From NCBI GenBank assembly GCA_034521815.1, contig JAXHLW010000013.1, positions 864,001 through 928,000 of the forward strand: 64,000 nucleotides of DNA. The letters are read 5' to 3'. The notes beneath the pieces were generated by a model. The model worked only from the letters and a program-made list of their open reading frames with translations, searched no databases and was not told the DNA's origin. Position 1 is the stretch's first letter. Each line of letters begins with the position of its first letter. Shown here piece by piece: positions 62,242 through 64,000 of this stretch. The stretch is from Trueperaceae bacterium. GTDB lineage: Bacteria; Deinococcota; Deinococci; Deinococcales; Trueperaceae. A program made the translations under genes and the position numbers.

Positions 62242-64000
62242 GTGGCGAAGAGGCCGCGTTCCCTGAAGAGCAAGCACCTCGCCGAGCTGGTCTTCCTCTC
62301 CGATCCGCAGCTCGGCGCCGACGGCGAGCGCGCCCTGTGCGTCCGGACCGTGGTCGAGACGACCGGCGACGGTCCGCCCCGCTACCGCGCCGAGATCGTC
62401 GAGGTGGACCTCCACGCCGAGCCGACCTCGAGCCCGCGCGTCGTCGCGGGCGGCGAGAGCGGTGCGGATCATCCTCGCCTCTCCCCAGGCGGACGGTTCC
62501 TGGCGTACCTGGTAAGCGGCCAGGACGGTACCGAGCGGAAACGGAGTCAGGTCCGGCTCCTCGATCTGCATCACGGTGGCGAGTCGCGCCCGCTGACCAG
62601 CCTCGGCGGCGGGGTCGAGACGTTCGCCTGGCGTCCCGACGGAGGCGCGCTCCTGATCGCCGGTCGCGACGAGGCGCCGGAACGTGACGAGAGCGCGGTC
62701 GTCGCGAGGACCGTCACGCGCCTGCACGTCAAGGAGAACGGCCTGCCGAGCCCCGGCGTGCGCCCGGACTCGCGCCCCGGCGTGTGGTTCGTCGACGTGC
62801 GCAGCGGCAAGATCCGCGAGCTCGAGGCGCCCGGCGACGGGGTGTCGGACCTCGCTTGGGGCCCGGACGGCAGGACCGTATGGATGCTGGGGCCGGCCGA
62901 CGACGTCGAGGGGGACGACTGGCGCACCGGGCTGTGGACCGTGAAGGTCAGCGCCCGCGGCAAGGCACGCGATCCGCTACGCCGGGTGGGGCCGTCGCTG
63001 CTCGCGGCGAGCTCGCTGGCCGTGTCGGACGACGGCACCACCGTGGCGTGGACGGCGCCCTCCGATCAGGAGGACGTCGCGTCGCCGACGGGCCTGTGGA
63101 CGATTCCCGCGAGCGGAGGCGAGCCGACCCTGCTCACCGGTCCCGACCTGGACGTGGCGCCGGCGGTGGGCGGCGACGCGCGCCACGGCCGCTACCCGAG
63201 CCGGCCCGTCCCGCTTCCGAACGCTTGGCTCGTGAACCTCAACCGCGAGGGCGCCTCGGGGCCGGCCGTGCTGCACCCGGACGGGCGCGTCTCGCCCCGT
63301 CTGGACGGAGGCAAGGTCACGACCGCCCTCGCGCACGCCGGCGGTCGGACGCTCTGTCTGGTCGAGACGCCAAGGACGCCTGGGACGCTGACGCTGATCG
63401 ATCGCGACGGCTCGACGCGGACCGTGCACGACCCCAACGCCGGCTTCGTCGATCGTTACGGCCTGCAGGCGGCCGAGGGCCCGTTCCAGGCGGCGTCCGG
63501 CGGCGGGTCGGTCGCGTGGTGGCGGCTGGCGCCCGCCAAGCCACGCAAGGACCACGCCATCGTGGTGCAGGTCCACGGCGGTCCGCATACGAACGCGGGC
63601 TTCGGCTTCTCGTTCGAGCACCAGCTCCTCGCCGCCCGCGGCTACACCGTGGTGATCTCGAATCCGCGCGGCAGCAGCAGCTACGGTGCCGACCATGCCA
63701 AAGCGATGCTGGGTGGCTACGGCACCGTCGACGCGGACGACGTGCTGGCCGTCGTCGACCACGCCGTCGCGACGCACGAGGATCGTGAAGCACCGGTCCA
63801 CCTGACCGGCGGCAGCTACGGCGGGTTCATGACGAACTGGCTGGTGACGCGCACCGATCGCTTCCGCAGCGCCGTGACGCAACGCTCGATCTGCAACTGG
63901 CTGTCGTTCTACGGCACCAGCGACATCGGCTACCGCTTCGCGGAGCACGAGGTGCAGGGCACGCCGTGGAACGACGCCGAGGCGCTGTGGGAGCAGAGTC
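62242..64000 (+). CDS. S9-family (acylaminoacyl/dipeptidyl) peptidase, 3' truncated by window
   Basis: Open frame from GTG 62242 to the window end, so absent from the ORF track. Beta-propeller repeats, VHGGPH, NPRGSSSYG, GGSYGGFMTNW, QRSICNW. Confidence 0.92.
   Translation, partial: MAKRPRSLKSKHLAELVFLSDPQLGADGERALCVRTVVETTGDGPPRYRAEIVEVDLHAEPTSSPRVVAGGESGADHPRLSPGGRFLAYLVSGQDGTERKRSQVRLLDLHHGGESRPLTSLGGGVETFAWRPDGGALLIAGRDEAPERDESAVVARTVTRLHVKENGLPSPGVRPDSRPGVWFVDVRSGKIRELEAPGDGVSDLAWGPDGRTVWMLGPADDVEGDDWRTGLWTVKVSARGKARDPLRRVGPSLLAASSLAVSDDGTTVAWTAPSDQEDVASPTGLWTIPASGGEPTLLTGPDLDVAPAVGGDARHGRYPSRPVPLPNAWLVNLNREGASGPAVLHPDGRVSPRLDGGKVTTALAHAGGRTLCLVETPRTPGTLTLIDRDGSTRTVHDPNAGFVDRYGLQAAEGPFQAASGGGSVAWWRLAPAKPRKDHAIVVQVHGGPHTNAGFGFSFEHQLLAARGYTVVISNPRGSSSYGADHAKAMLGGYGTVDADDVLAVVDHAVATHEDREAPVHLTGGSYGGFMTNWLVTRTDRFRSAVTQRSICNWLSFYGTSDIGYRFAEHEVQGTPWNDAEALWEQS

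Overview
Very GC-rich chromosomal segment made mostly of housekeeping genes. It most likely comes from a Deinococcota (Trueperaceae-like) bacterium. This is inferred from the Thermus-like dcw gene order, MurD GTAGK/DDSIAT motifs, pseudo-helicase PriA, dnaJ-hspR pair and widespread leaderless TANNNT-N5-7-ATG/GTG starts. Content: pilT (partial), dnaE, tRNA-Cys/tRNA-Val, nnrE-like/yebC, dnaJ-hspR, M20 peptidase, smc, a tyrosine recombinase, a PAS/GGDEF/EAL protein, yfbR, hisS-aspS-HAD-asnS, GerMN/amidase-like/smpB/priA, purM, SPFH protein, a two-component pair, luxS, NYN protein, mscS, ligA, BMP protein, rnpB, yjjI-yjjW, the mraZ..ftsZ cluster, a Nudix hydrolase, ribF, rlmB and an S9 peptidase (partial). 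Several genes carry single-base indels that look like sequencing errors. The most interesting signals are: (1) a lone tyrosine recombinase with an extra N-terminal HTH, next to smc, with a symmetric 11-6-11 dif-like site flanked by ATGTTAAC inverted boxes directly at its start, suggesting a self-contained single-Xer/dif module; (2) a 24-bp AT-rich synonymous codon patch exactly over the DnaE NYGFNKSH intein hotspot, with no intein present; (3) repeated 12-21 bp tandem duplications at gene junctions; (4) a near-palindromic 32-bp bidirectional leaderless promoter; (5) an apparently catalytically dead amidase coupled to a GerMN protein.
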